In this document: positions 50,543-60,525 of the stretch, in pieces
Layout: each line of letters begins with the position of its first letter
Position numbering within the stretch: the stretch's first letter is position 1
NCBI GenBank assembly: GCA_037189525.1
Contig: JBBCJC010000005.1
Coordinates: forward strand, 1 to 64,000
Length of the DNA stretch: 64,000 bases
Direction of reading: 5' to 3'
Source: Gemmatimonadales bacterium
Lineage (GTDB): Bacteria; Gemmatimonadota; Gemmatimonadetes; Gemmatimonadales; GWC2-71-9
Notes under the pieces: model-generated
What the model was told of the DNA's origin: nothing
Seen by the model: only the letters and a program-made list of their open reading frames with translations
Database searches by the model: none
Translations under genes and position numbers: made by a program

Positions 50543-51957
50543 GTCAGTGCCTTGGCAACGAGGTCTGAGACCGCTTTGGGGTCGGCCTTACCACGACTTT
50601 TCTTCATGACCTGGCCGACCAGGAATCCCATCAACTTGGCTTCGCCCTGCCGGTACCGTTCGACTTCGGCCGGATGGGCGGCAATGACCTCGCCGACCCA
50701 CGCCGCCAACGCATCGTCATCGCGCACCTGGCGGAGGCCGAGACGATCGATGACCGGGCCGGGCGCCTCGCCGGTTCGGACCATCTCGGCAAACACCTTC
50801 TTACCCGCCAGATGGCTGACCGCGCCATCGCGCACCAAGCCGATCAGCGCAGCGAGTTGTTCCGCGCCGACCGGGAACACACCCTGTTCGTTGAATCCCG
50901 GCAGCGCCTCGGTCGAGACCCAATTGGATGCCGCCTTGGGGTCTGCGCCGGACCGGACCACCGCCTCGTAGTAATCCGCCACCGCCTGCTCGGCCGTCAG
51001 TACCCGGGCGTCGTACGACGACAAGCCGTAGGTCTCTCCGAAGCGAACCCGCTTGGCCTCCGGCAGTTCCGGCAGCGCGGCGCCCTCGGCGGCAATCCAC
51101 TCGGCCCCGAGCACCAGCGGCGGCAGATCGGGGTCCGGGAAGTAGCGGTAGTCGTGGCTCTCTTCCTTGCTGCGCATCGGCTTGACTGTGCCGTTCGCCG
51201 CGTTGAACAGCAGAGTGACCTGCTCGACCGATCCGCCCGACTCGAGCACCGCCTGCTGGCGGGCTCGCTCGATGTCGAGCGCCCGCTCCACATTGGCGAA
51301 GCTGTTCATGTTCTTGAGTTCGGTCTTGGTACCGAGCCGCGACTCGCCCGGGCGGCGCAGGGAAATATTCGCGTCGACCCGCAGGCTACCCTTTTCCATG
51401 CTGCATTCGCTGACGCCGGCGTATACCAGGATCTGCCGCAACACGGTCAGGTAGGCACGCGCCTCTGCCGGACTCCGGAGATCCGGCTCGCTCACGATCT
51501 CGGCCAGCGGAATCCCGGTGCGATTGAGGTCCACGGCCGTCGCCCCCGGAATCCGGTCGTGGAGCAGCTTGCCGGCGTCTTCCTCCAGGTGCAGCCGGGT
51601 CACCCCGATCGCGACAGCGCCCCGCTCCGGACTCTCGCAGCGGACCGTGCCGCCCGTGGCCAGCGGCCGATCGAATTGGGAGATCTGATAGCCCTTCGGC
51701 AGGTCCGGATAGAAATAATTCTTCCGGGCAAAGATGCTCCGCTCGTGGACGGTACACCCCAGCGCCAGCGCCGCCCTGGTGCCGAGCCGGACCGCCTGCT
51801 CGTTCGGCACCGGCAGCGCACCTGGCAGGCCGAGACAGACCGGGCAAACGTTGGTATTGGGCAACTCGCCGAAGCCGGTCGAACAGCCGCAGAAGAGCTT
51901 GGAACGGGTGGCCAGCTGGACGTGGACCTCGAGACCGATCACGGTTTCCCAGGTCAT
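50539..51957 (-). CDS. gatB: Asp/Glu-tRNA amidotransferase subunit B
   Basis: IGLEVHVQL, RKNYFYPDLPKGYQISQ, LEEDAG and YRYFPDPDL. Confidence 0.97.
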   Translation of the reverse strand: MTWETVIGLEVHVQLATRSKLFCGCSTGFGELPNTNVCPVCLGLPGALPVPNEQAVRLGTRAALALGCTVHERSIFARKNYFYPDLPKGYQISQFDRPLATGGTVRCESPERGAVAIGVTRLHLEEDAGKLLHDRIPGATAVDLNRTGIPLAEIVSEPDLRSPAEARAYLTVLRQILVYAGVSECSMEKGSLRVDANISLRRPGESRLGTKTELKNMNSFANVERALDIERARQQAVLESGGSVEQVTLLFNAANGTVKPMRSKEESHDYRYFPDPDLPPLVLGAEWIAAEGAALPELPEAKRVRFGETYGLSSYDARVLTAEQAVADYYEAVVRSGADPKAASNWVSTEALPGFNEQGVFPVGAEQLAALIGLVRDGAVSHLAGKKVFAEMVRTGEAPGPVIDRLGLRQVRDDDALAAWVGEVIAAHPAEVERYRQGEAKLMGFLVGQVMKKSRGKADPKAVSDLVAKALT

Positions 51958-53339
51958 CAGCGCACCTCCGCCCCGGCATCGAGATGCTGCTCGATGACCC
52001 GTGCCACCGCCAGCATCCGCGCTTCGTCGAACGCGGGGCTGATGAGTTGCAGACCGACCGGAAGGCCGCCGCTGGTGCCCATCGGAATGCTCATGGCGGG
52101 GAGCCCGGCCAAGCTTGCTCCGCAGACGAAGACGTCGGCCAGATACATCTGGACCGGATCGTCGACTTTGGCCCCGGCGGCAAATGCCGGCGTCGGGGTC
52201 GTCGGCGTCAGCAGTCCGTCGATGCCGGTATCGAAGACGTCCTGGAAATCCTGGACGATCCGGCGCCGAGCCGCCTGGGCACGACCGTAGTACGCGTCGT
52301 AGTACCCCGCGCTCAGCACATAGGTGCCGATCAGAATCCTCCGCCGCACCTCGGCGCCGAATCCCTGGCCGCGAGTAGCCCGATACAAAGCCCGCAGGTC
52401 GCCGGCCGGTCCGACCTGGCGATTGCCGTACCGCACCCCATCGTAGCGAGCCAGGTTGGCCGCCGCTTCGGCCGGGGCGACCACGTAGTAGGTCGGCACC
52501 GCGTACGACGTGCTCGGCAGGGAAACATCGACGACCGCCCCTCCCAGGCTGCGCACCAGGCTGACCGCGCGATCGACGCCGGCGCGAATACCCGGATCGA
52601 GATCGGCGGGCAGATATTCGCGCGGCAAGCCGAAGCGAAGACCGCGCAGATCGGAGCGCGGCGTTTCCAGCACGAGCGGCGGCGCCTGGACCGTCGTCGC
52701 GTCGCGCGCGTCGGGACCCGCAATCGCCGTGAGCACACGGGACGCGGCCTCGACATCCCGACCGAACACCGAGACGCAATCGAGCGACGACCCGAATGCC
52801 ACCAATCCGAACCGGCTGACCCGTCCGTAGGTCGGTTTGACCCCGACGATGCCGCAGAACGCGGCCGGCTGGCGAACCGAACCGCCGGTTTCCGAACCAA
52901 GCGCCGCGGGCACCACGCCCGCCGCGACGAGCGCGGCGGAGCCGCCGGAACTGCCACCGGGCACCAGCGCCGGATCGAGCGGATGACGCACCGGGCCGAA
53001 CGCCGAGTACTCGCTGGACGACCCCATGGCAAATTCGTCCATGTTGGTCTTGCAGGCCACCAGGCCGCCCGCGTCACGAAGGCGCTCGACCACCGTCGCC
53101 GCAAACGGCGATCGATACCCCGCCAGCATCGCCGAAGCGCAGGTGGTCGGCAACTCAGCCGTGACGATGTTGTCCTTGATCGCCACCGGCATGCCGGCCA
53201 GCGGGCCCGCAGGCGCCCGGGCGGCAACACGAGCCGCCTCCGCTTCGAGATCGGCGCGGGTGCCGGCCAGCACCGCGTTGAGCCCCTGCGCGGCCTCGAG
53301 CCGATCCGCCGCGGCCTGTGCCAGCGCCAGGAAACTCAT
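51957..53339 (-). CDS. gatA: Asp/Glu-tRNA amidotransferase subunit A
   Basis: KTNMDEFAMGSS, PGGSSGGS, GSETGGSVRQPA and GYYDAYY. Confidence 0.97.
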   Translation of the reverse strand: MSFLALAQAAADRLEAAQGLNAVLAGTRADLEAEAARVAARAPAGPLAGMPVAIKDNIVTAELPTTCASAMLAGYRSPFAATVVERLRDAGGLVACKTNMDEFAMGSSSEYSAFGPVRHPLDPALVPGGSSGGSAALVAAGVVPAALGSETGGSVRQPAAFCGIVGVKPTYGRVSRFGLVAFGSSLDCVSVFGRDVEAASRVLTAIAGPDARDATTVQAPPLVLETPRSDLRGLRFGLPREYLPADLDPGIRAGVDRAVSLVRSLGGAVVDVSLPSTSYAVPTYYVVAPAEAAANLARYDGVRYGNRQVGPAGDLRALYRATRGQGFGAEVRRRILIGTYVLSAGYYDAYYGRAQAARRRIVQDFQDVFDTGIDGLLTPTTPTPAFAAGAKVDDPVQMYLADVFVCGASLAGLPAMSIPMGTSGGLPVGLQLISPAFDEARMLAVARVIEQHLDAGAEVR

Positions 53340-53629
53340 CCGTCCTCCATCGCCGCAAGACGGGGAACGACGAAGAAACCATCGACCAGCGCCGGCGCAA
53401 ACGACTCGAGTCCGTGGTCGAGCGGGATCGGCGCCACTACGTCCGGCCGAAGAGTCGCCTGCGCGGGGCCAACAGGAAGCGCGGTGCCATCGGCCTCGAC
53501 TGGATCGAGGCGTCCGACATAGTCCACAATCTCCGCAAGCTGTGCACTCAATCGCTCGACCTCCACCTCCGGCAGATCGAGCTCCGCCAGCCGGGCAACC
53601 CGAAGGACGTCCTCTCGGGAAATGCTCAT
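53336..53629 (-). CDS. gatC: Asp/Glu-tRNA amidotransferase subunit C
   Basis: MSISREDVLRVARLAEL, LRPD and GFFVVPR; coupled to gatA. Confidence 0.93.
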   Translation of the reverse strand: MSISREDVLRVARLAELDLPEVEVERLSAQLAEIVDYVGRLDPVEADGTALPVGPAQATLRPDVVAPIPLDHGLESFAPALVDGFFVVPRLAAMEDG

Positions 53630-55935
53630 GCGCTCTCCCAGTCGCGCTCGAGACCCGCGTACGCCACGAGCAGTTGCTTGATCCCGAACTCCTCGGCGTC
53701 GAACCGGACCGTCACCTTGAGGTCCTTCCCCGCTCCGGACAGTCCCTGGATGATGCCGCTGCCGAAGCGGCGGTGTCGCACCCGTTCGCCCTTGATGAGG
53801 CGCGGAGCGTCCTGCGACTGCTCTTCTGCTTCGACCCGCGGCGGCGGAGCGGCCGGGCGGGATGACGGCCGCTCGGGCTGCCAGCTGCGCTGCGGCGCGC
53901 GGGCCGAGCCTCCCGATGATCCGTAGCTGCCGGAACGCCCGTACCGGTTTGCCGAGGCCTGCTTCCAGCTGGGGACGAATAGCGACGAGGTTCGCTTCTC
54001 GTCGACGATCCCGGGCGGAATGCTCTCCAGAAAACGCGATGGCATGCTGGGCAGAATCTCGCCCCCGCGCCGGCGCGACCGGGCATGACTCAGATAGAGC
54101 TTGTCCTTGGCCCGCGTCAGCGCGACGTAGAACAGGCGCCGCTCTTCCTCCAGCCCTTCCTGCGACTCGGTCGATCGCGCCAGCGGGAAGAGACCGTCTT
54201 CGAGGCCCGCCACTGCGACCACCGGCCACTCGAGTCCCTTGGCCGTGTGCATCGTCATCAGCGTGACGCCGACCTCATCGCCTTCCTGGGTATCGTGATT
54301 CGAGAGCAGCGCGGCCTCGGCCAGGAATCGCATCAACGGCGTGGTGGTGTCCTCGCCGTCGGTCACCACTTCGGACCAACCGGCTGCTGCCGCCACCAGT
54401 TCTTTGACGTTGTCCCAGCGATCTTTGCCCTCCGGCCCTTCGTCGAGCAGGATCCGCTCATAACCGAGCGCTTCGATCAGCGCTTCCAGCACCTCCGCCG
54501 GCGGACGATCGCCCACGCGATCCCGAAGTCCGTTGACCAGCTCGCCAAAGCGGCGCAGCGCTTCCCGCACGTTGGGACGCAGACCGGGGACCCGGTCACC
54601 GGCAGCCGCCGTCTCGAGCAACGGTTTCTGCCACCCCGCGGCCGTCTCGAGCAAAGTCTGCAGGCTGGTCTCGCCGACACCCCGTTTGGGCACGCCCACG
54701 GCACGGAGAAAAGCCTCGTCATCGGCGGGATTGACGATGAGGCGGAGGTAGGCGAGCAGATCTTTGACCTCGCGCCGATCGTAGAAGCTGACCGACCCGA
54801 CCAGCCGGAACGGCACCCCGGCCCGCCGAAAGGCTTCTTCCACCGCGCGGGACTGGAAGTTGGTCCGGTAGAGCACCGCCATCTGGCTGGTGCCGAAGTC
54901 TCCGGCGGCGCGGCGAGCCGCAAACTCGCGGGCAATCCACTCGGCCTCATCACGCTCGTCGGCGGCACCGAGAACGGTGACCGGCTCACCGCCCTTACGC
55001 TTGGTCCGCAGGGTCTTGCCGATCCGCCCGGTGTTGAGCGCAATCGCCGCGTTGGCGGCGTCGAGCACCGTCTGGGTGCTGCGATAGTTCTCTTCGAGCC
55101 GGATCAGCCGGCTGCCCGGGAAGTCCTGCTGGAAGTCGCGCATGTTGCGGACTTCGGCGCCGCGCCAGGCATAGATCGACTGGTCGTCGTCGCCCACCAC
55201 GAAGACGTTCTGGTGCGCACCGAGCAGCCGGACCAGCTGGTACTGGGCCTTGTTGGTGTCCTGGAACTCGTCCACCAACACGAATGCGAAACGCCGGCGA
55301 TACCACTCGAGCCGGTCCGGATGTTCCCGGAAGAGCGTGAGGGGATGGAGCATCAGGTCATCGAAGTCCATCGCGTTCTGGGCCTTCAGAGCCGTCGTCA
55401 GATCGCGAAAGACCTCGGCTGCCACGCTGGTGAGCGGATCACTGCCCGACGCCGCCAGATCCTCGGGCGACTGCATCCGGTTCTTGGCGCCCGAGATGAG
55501 ACTCTGCACCAGCTTGGGCGGGTACACCTTGGGCGAGTGCCGCCGCTGCTCGAGGATCCGCTTGATCAGCGCCAGGCGGTCATCCTCGTCGTAGATGGTA
55601 AACTCGCGCGAGAACCCGAGGCGCTCCGCTTCCCGCCGCATCAGCCGCGCCGACAACGAATGGAAGGTCCCGATCCACAATCCGGTGGGGTCGCGGGCCA
55701 GCATGGTCCCGATCCGCTCCTTCATTTCCGCGGCGGCGCGGTTGGTAAAGGTCACGGCAAAAATCTGTTGGGGCGCGACCTGATGTTCCTGGATCAGCAG
55801 TGCAATCCGGGTGGTCAGCACTCGCGTCTTTCCCGATCCGGCGCCGGCCAGCACCAGGAGCGGACCGGTCAGATGCTCGGCGGCAGCACGCTGCTCGGGA
55901 TTGAGGGCGAGAAGGAGATCGGAAACAGAGGACAC
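53626..55935 (-). CDS. pcrA: ATP-dependent DNA helicase PcrA/UvrD
   Basis: LAGAGSGKT, TFTN, DEFQD, VGDDDQSIY, NYRS, HTAKGLE and EERRLFYVALTRA; C-terminal Tudor-like domain. Start approximate. Confidence 0.96.
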   Translation of the reverse strand: MSSVSDLLLALNPEQRAAAEHLTGPLLVLAGAGSGKTRVLTTRIALLIQEHQVAPQQIFAVTFTNRAAAEMKERIGTMLARDPTGLWIGTFHSLSARLMRREAERLGFSREFTIYDEDDRLALIKRILEQRRHSPKVYPPKLVQSLISGAKNRMQSPEDLAASGSDPLTSVAAEVFRDLTTALKAQNAMDFDDLMLHPLTLFREHPDRLEWYRRRFAFVLVDEFQDTNKAQYQLVRLLGAHQNVFVVGDDDQSIYAWRGAEVRNMRDFQQDFPGSRLIRLEENYRSTQTVLDAANAAIALNTGRIGKTLRTKRKGGEPVTVLGAADERDEAEWIAREFAARRAAGDFGTSQMAVLYRTNFQSRAVEEAFRRAGVPFRLVGSVSFYDRREVKDLLAYLRLIVNPADDEAFLRAVGVPKRGVGETSLQTLLETAAGWQKPLLETAAAGDRVPGLRPNVREALRRFGELVNGLRDRVGDRPPAEVLEALIEALGYERILLDEGPEGKDRWDNVKELVAAAAGWSEVVTDGEDTTTPLMRFLAEAALLSNHDTQEGDEVGVTLMTMHTAKGLEWPVVAVAGLEDGLFPLARSTESQEGLEEERRLFYVALTRAKDKLYLSHARSRRRGGEILPSMPSRFLESIPPGIVDEKRTSSLFVPSWKQASANRYGRSGSYGSSGGSARAPQRSWQPERPSSRPAAPPPRVEAEEQSQDAPRLIKGERVRHRRFGSGIIQGLSGAGKDLKVTVRFDAEEFGIKQLLVAYAGLERDWESA

Positions 55936-56032
55936 GAGGCAGCGTTCTGCGAAAGTCGAGGGCACGCGCTCGTGATGACGGCGCGAACGGACCGAGACAA
56001 CCTAATCGGGCGGCCACCCGCCCCGAAGTCGC

Positions 56033-57307
56033 CTAGGCGGTCAGACGCTCCACGCCGAGATAGGGCACCAGCGCTTCGGGAACGACGACGGAACCGTCGG
56101 CCTGCTGATAGTGCTCCAGGATACCGATGATGGTACGAGGAAACGCCACACCCGACGAGTTGAGCGTATGGACGAACTCCGGCTTGGCGCCGGGCGCCGG
56201 ACGATACCGGATATTGGCGCGACGGGCCTGGAAGTCGGTGAAGACGCTGGCACTCGAAACCTCGAGCCACGCCTCCGTACCGGGCGCCCAGATTTCGAGA
56301 TCGAGCGTCCGCGCCGAGGCAAAGCCGATGTCGCCGGCGGCCAGCGAGAGCACCCGGTATGGCAACCCGAGGCGCTGCAGCACGGTCTCCGAGTGCTTGG
56401 TGAGCAACTCGTGCTCGGCGGGGCTCGTCTCGGCCGCTACCAGGCGGACCAGCTCGACTTTATCGAACTGATGGAGACGAATCAGACCGCGGGTGTCTTT
56501 GCCGTGCGAAAAGGCCTCCTGGCGGAAGCACGGCGTGTAGGCCGTGTACGCAATCGGCAGCGCCGCCGCATCGAGGATCTCATCCCGATGAATATTGGTG
56601 AGCGGCACTTCGGAGGTCGGAATGAGGAAGAAATCGTCCTCGGTCCGATACATGTCCTCTTCGAACTTGGGCAGCTGGCCGGTACCGGTGGCCGTGGCGC
56701 GATTGACCAGATACGGCGGCTGGACCTCCCGATACCCGTGCTCGCGGGTGTGGAGATCGAGCATGAAGTTGGCCAGCGCCCGAACCAGCCGGGCGCCCAT
56801 GCCGGTAAACAGCGGGAAGCCCGACCCGGTCAGCTTGGCGCCGCGCGGCAAGTCGAAGAGACCCAGCGCCTCGCCCAGTTCCCAGTGGGGCTTAGGCGTA
56901 AAATCGAACTGTCGCGGCTCGCCCCAGGCGCGGAGCACCTGATTGGCGGTGACATCCCCGTCGGGAACGATCGGCAGCGGCAGGTTGGGAATCCCGAGCG
57001 CGGCCTGCTGCAGCGCATCTTCGACCCGGCGCACCTCGCCATCGAGCCGTTTGACCTGTTCACCCGACTCCTTGAGCTGGGCCATCAGATCGTCAGCCGG
57101 TTGCTTGGCACGCTTCCGCCGCGCGACTTCTTCGGTCGCGGCATTCCGCTCGGCCTTGAGACGTTCGACCTGGGCGACCAGACTCCGCCACTCCCGCTCC
57201 AACTCACCAAGGCGATCGAGGGCTTCCGGCAATGTGGGATCGAGGCGCCGGAGGATCGCGATGCGAAAGGCCTCCGGATCCTGGCGGAACGACTTGAGAT
57301 CGATCAC
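56033..57307 (-). CDS. serS: Serine--tRNA ligase
   Basis: TGTGQLPKF, LIPTSEV, CFRQEA, RLHQFDKVE, EVSSAS and HTLNSSG. Confidence 0.97.
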   Translation of the reverse strand: MIDLKSFRQDPEAFRIAILRRLDPTLPEALDRLGELEREWRSLVAQVERLKAERNAATEEVARRKRAKQPADDLMAQLKESGEQVKRLDGEVRRVEDALQQAALGIPNLPLPIVPDGDVTANQVLRAWGEPRQFDFTPKPHWELGEALGLFDLPRGAKLTGSGFPLFTGMGARLVRALANFMLDLHTREHGYREVQPPYLVNRATATGTGQLPKFEEDMYRTEDDFFLIPTSEVPLTNIHRDEILDAAALPIAYTAYTPCFRQEAFSHGKDTRGLIRLHQFDKVELVRLVAAETSPAEHELLTKHSETVLQRLGLPYRVLSLAAGDIGFASARTLDLEIWAPGTEAWLEVSSASVFTDFQARRANIRYRPAPGAKPEFVHTLNSSGVAFPRTIIGILEHYQQADGSVVVPEALVPYLGVERLTA

Positions 57308-57879
57308 TGGCTGGGAATACCGGGCAGGAGTTGGCGGTAGCCGCAATTGATGTTGACCAGCACGCGGAAACGCACCGACCGGGCTTCCTCGTCGAAGGAA
57401 AGCACCTCGAGCTTGGCGTAGTACGGAATGCTCAGGAAGCAGCCGTTCGGCAGGCCGGACCGGGCATACAGCACCTGGCCGACTTCGATCGGGGTCGGGC
57501 GGTCGACCACATAGCCGACCTGCTGGGCTTCCCGGATGGCATCGAACGCCGTGGTCGAGGACTGGAGCCCCGGGTAGCCCAACGTCGACGCCCCCGGCGC
57601 GGCCGGCGCCACGACGCGGTACGGTACGAACTCGGGCCCGGTGGTTGGATCGATCCGGTACAGGAAGTCGAAATTGTAGGCCGTGACATCGATACCCAGC
57701 CGAATCGGCAGCCGGCTCGACAGGACGTAGCCGCTGGGCCGGTTGAGGCCCGTCCCGTTGACGGCATACACTTCGACCGTGTCGACCATATTGGGGATGG
57801 TGGCCGGCAAAATCGCGTACGGGTTGCCGCATGCCGTCAGGGCTGCCACAACCATGGTCATTCCGACTACGAGGCGCAT
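57304..57879 (-). CDS. Hypothetical lipoprotein (HmuY-like C-terminal pattern)
   Basis: Lipobox LTAC; GQVLYARS...YYAKLEVLSF; GTGA overlap with serS. Confidence 0.75.
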   Translation of the reverse strand: MRLVVGMTMVVAALTACGNPYAILPATIPNMVDTVEVYAVNGTGLNRPSGYVLSSRLPIRLGIDVTAYNFDFLYRIDPTTGPEFVPYRVVAPAAPGASTLGYPGLQSSTTAFDAIREAQQVGYVVDRPTPIEVGQVLYARSGLPNGCFLSIPYYAKLEVLSFDEEARSVRFRVLVNINCGYRQLLPGIPSQ

Positions 57880-57930
57880 AGATCCGAAGGTTAAAGACGG
57901 CTCAAACACGGGTCAACCCATAGTCGTTCC

Positions 57931-57960
57931 TTGACTTCGCTCCCGGAGCGGGAGTAGTCT
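57931..57960 (+). promoter_or_regulatory. Putative sigma70 promoter of the roadblock-manC operon
   Basis: TTGACT, 18 nt, TAGTCT; back-to-back with the minus-strand promoter TTGACC (57911-57916), 17 nt, TAACCT. Confidence 0.55.
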
Positions 57961-57983
57961 CCGCCCATCCTCACCTGGCTGCC

Positions 57984-58334
57984 ATGACATTTCGCGATTC
58001 CATCGGCCAGTGGCCGTCCTATATCGATGTCCGGGGCGCTGCCGTCATCAGCGAAGACGGGCTGCTCGTCCACGATCTTTTTCCTCCCGGCGCCGATGGT
58101 GAGGCCGTCGCGGCCCTGGCCCTCTCCCTGCTCTATCAGGCCGAGCAGCTCGGGCGCGCCGCCGGCGGGGACGAGGCCGGGACCGTGGTGGCGGAAGTCG
58201 ACGCCGGCCCGGTCGTGGTGACCCGGCTCGACCGGCATCACTCGCTGGTGGTCCTGGCCCAGCCGGGGCGCGATATCGGCGCCCTGCTCTTCGATATTCG
58301 GCGGCACCGCGCCCAACTCGGCGAGGTGGTCTGA
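57984..58334 (+). CDS. Roadblock/LC7 (MglB-like) domain protein
   Basis: VRGAAVISEDGLLV, EAVAALA and LVVLA...IGAL. Confidence 0.88.
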   Translation: MTFRDSIGQWPSYIDVRGAAVISEDGLLVHDLFPPGADGEAVAALALSLLYQAEQLGRAAGGDEAGTVVAEVDAGPVVVTRLDRHHSLVVLAQPGRDIGALLFDIRRHRAQLGEVV

Positions 58335-58336
58335 CG

Positions 58337-59362
58337 ATGCGGTGGGCCGTTATCCTGGCCGGCGGCACCGGAAGCCGATTCTGGCCCCTCTCGACGCCGA
58401 GCCGTCCCAAGCAACTCCTCCCCCTGGTTGGTGCGCAATCCACCGCCGAGGCCAGCCTGGCGCGACTCGACGGCCTGGTACCGCGTGAACGGGTGCTACT
58501 GGTTACCGGTGCGCACCTGGCAGGACCGCTCCAGGCGGGGCTCGGCCTTCCGGACGAGAACGTTCTGATCGAACCCTGCGCCAGATCGACGGCGCCCGCG
58601 CTGGTCTGGGCCGCGCACGAGGCGGCGCGCCGGGATCCGAACGCGACGCTGCTCTCCGTCCACGCCGACTGGTATGTCCCCGATCCAGTCCCCTTTCGCT
58701 CCGCGGCAGACGCCGCGCTGACCCTGGCCGAACGCGAACCGTTCCTGGTCACCGTCGGGGTAACCCCCAGCCGACCGGAAACGGGATACGGGTACATCAT
58801 TCCCGGCGCCGCCCTGGCCGGCGGCGGCAAACGCGTCTCGGCGTTTACCGAAAAGCCTTCGGCGCCGCGGGCCGCAGAGCTGATCGGACAGGGCGCGCTC
58901 TGGAATTCGGGGTTGTTTGCCTGGCAGTGCGCGGCGCTCCGCCGCGAGGTCGAACAGGTCGCTCCCGAGCTGGCCGCCGGGTATTCCAGACTCGATCGCG
59001 GCGATGTGACGGGGTTCTTCGACGCCGTCCCGTCCGTCGCGATCGACACCGCCGTGCTGGAACGCAGCGGAGCCGTCGCCACGATCGAAGGACAGTTCTC
59101 GTGGGACGACATCGGTACCTGGGAAGCGTTGAGCCGGGTCCGCCCGCACGACGGCCAGGACAACGTGCTGATCGGCGACGTCTCCGCCGTCGACGCGAGC
59201 CGCGTCATTGCCTGGAGTGAGCGAACCCCGATCGTCGTGAGCGGCGTCAGCGACCTCATCATCGTCGAAGCCAACGGCCGGCTCCTGATCCTGGGGCGCG
59301 ACAAGGCGGCCGACCTCAAGACCGTGCTCGACCGGCTCGAGCCTCGCATTCGAGATCTATGA
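58337..59362 (+). CDS. manC: Mannose-1-phosphate guanylyltransferase
   Basis: ILAGGTGSRFWPLS..PKQLL, ETGYGYI, FTEKP, WNSG and WDDIGTW. Confidence 0.93.
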   Translation: MRWAVILAGGTGSRFWPLSTPSRPKQLLPLVGAQSTAEASLARLDGLVPRERVLLVTGAHLAGPLQAGLGLPDENVLIEPCARSTAPALVWAAHEAARRDPNATLLSVHADWYVPDPVPFRSAADAALTLAEREPFLVTVGVTPSRPETGYGYIIPGAALAGGGKRVSAFTEKPSAPRAAELIGQGALWNSGLFAWQCAALRREVEQVAPELAAGYSRLDRGDVTGFFDAVPSVAIDTAVLERSGAVATIEGQFSWDDIGTWEALSRVRPHDGQDNVLIGDVSAVDASRVIAWSERTPIVVSGVSDLIIVEANGRLLILGRDKAADLKTVLDRLEPRIRDL

Positions 59363-60525
59363 CTATGCTCAGGCTCTTCGTCGTCGATCCGCCCCATCCC
59401 AACGACCGATGGGCTCCCTTTCTCGGCGTGCGTCCGATCGGGGAGTTGCGGGCCGGAGCCTGGCGGATCTGGGAACGCTGGCAGCGCGCGCTTGCTGCGG
59501 ATCAGGTCTGGTCGGTGGCGCCGACCTGCACCGCGTTTGCCGATGCCGATGCCCTGCCCCTGGCCGACCCCGCCACCATCGTCGGCCCGGCCATCGTGGT
59601 GCGTTCCGACTTCATTCCGATCGGCGACCCGATCGACCTGAGTGATGCACCCCAGACGCTCGGAATCGACGGACTCACGGTCGGCTGGATCCTAGAGCCC
59701 GGCGAGCGCTGGTCGACCAATGCGCGGCCCGGCCGTCGGCTCGAGATCCCGGGCCTTCGCCTGGCCGGTACCCCCGATCTGCTTGGTGCGCTCGAACAGC
59801 TCCTCGCCCGCGATTGCGCCCAGTGCGGCGAGACGCCGCATGACGGCGTGCCCCCGGGCGCTATCGTGCTTGGCGACGCTCAGCACATCATCGTCCGGAA
59901 CGCGGCCGTCGAACCCCATGTCGTTTTCGATGTCCGGAAAGGGCCGATCGTGCTGGAGCCGGGAGTGCAGGTGCGCACCGGTACCCGGCTCGAAGGCCCG
60001 CTCTACGTGGCCGAGCAGTCGTGGCTCCTGGGCGGCGCAATCCGCCATACCGTGGTTGGTCCGCACTGCCGGGTTCACGGTGAGGTGGCCCATACCATTT
60101 TTCTGGGTTACGCCAACAAGGGGCACGACGGATTCGTGGGCCACAGCGTCATCGGCCACTGGGTCAATCTCGGCGCCGGGACCATCACTTCGAATCTCAA
60201 GAATACCTATGGGCCGATCCGACTCGATCTGCCCGGTGGGCGCTACGATACCGGCCGCACCAATCTCGGAAGCCTGATCGGCGACCACGCCAAAACCGCC
60301 ATCGGCAGCCTGCTCTCGACCGGCACCGTGATCGGCGCCGCGGCCAATGTCGTGGCCAACCCGGTGCCCCGCTACGTCCGACCGTTTACCTGGGCCGCGG
60401 CCGGACGACTGACCGTCGACGGCTTTCTGACCATGGCCAACCGGGTGATGCCACGCCGCGGCGTCGAGGTGACCCCGCTGATCGAAGCCTCCTTGCGCGA
60501 ACTCCATACCCGGTTTGGGGAATGA
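59359..60525 (+). CDS. Putative sugar nucleotidyltransferase with hexapeptide repeats (GlmU-related)
   Basis: RPIGELRAG, EGPLYV, NKGHDGFVGHS, WVNLGAGTITSNLKNTY and GDHAKTAI. Confidence 0.85.
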   Translation: MTMLRLFVVDPPHPNDRWAPFLGVRPIGELRAGAWRIWERWQRALAADQVWSVAPTCTAFADADALPLADPATIVGPAIVVRSDFIPIGDPIDLSDAPQTLGIDGLTVGWILEPGERWSTNARPGRRLEIPGLRLAGTPDLLGALEQLLARDCAQCGETPHDGVPPGAIVLGDAQHIIVRNAAVEPHVVFDVRKGPIVLEPGVQVRTGTRLEGPLYVAEQSWLLGGAIRHTVVGPHCRVHGEVAHTIFLGYANKGHDGFVGHSVIGHWVNLGAGTITSNLKNTYGPIRLDLPGGRYDTGRTNLGSLIGDHAKTAIGSLLSTGTVIGAAANVVANPVPRYVRPFTWAAAGRLTVDGFLTMANRVMPRRGVEVTPLIEASLRELHTRFGE

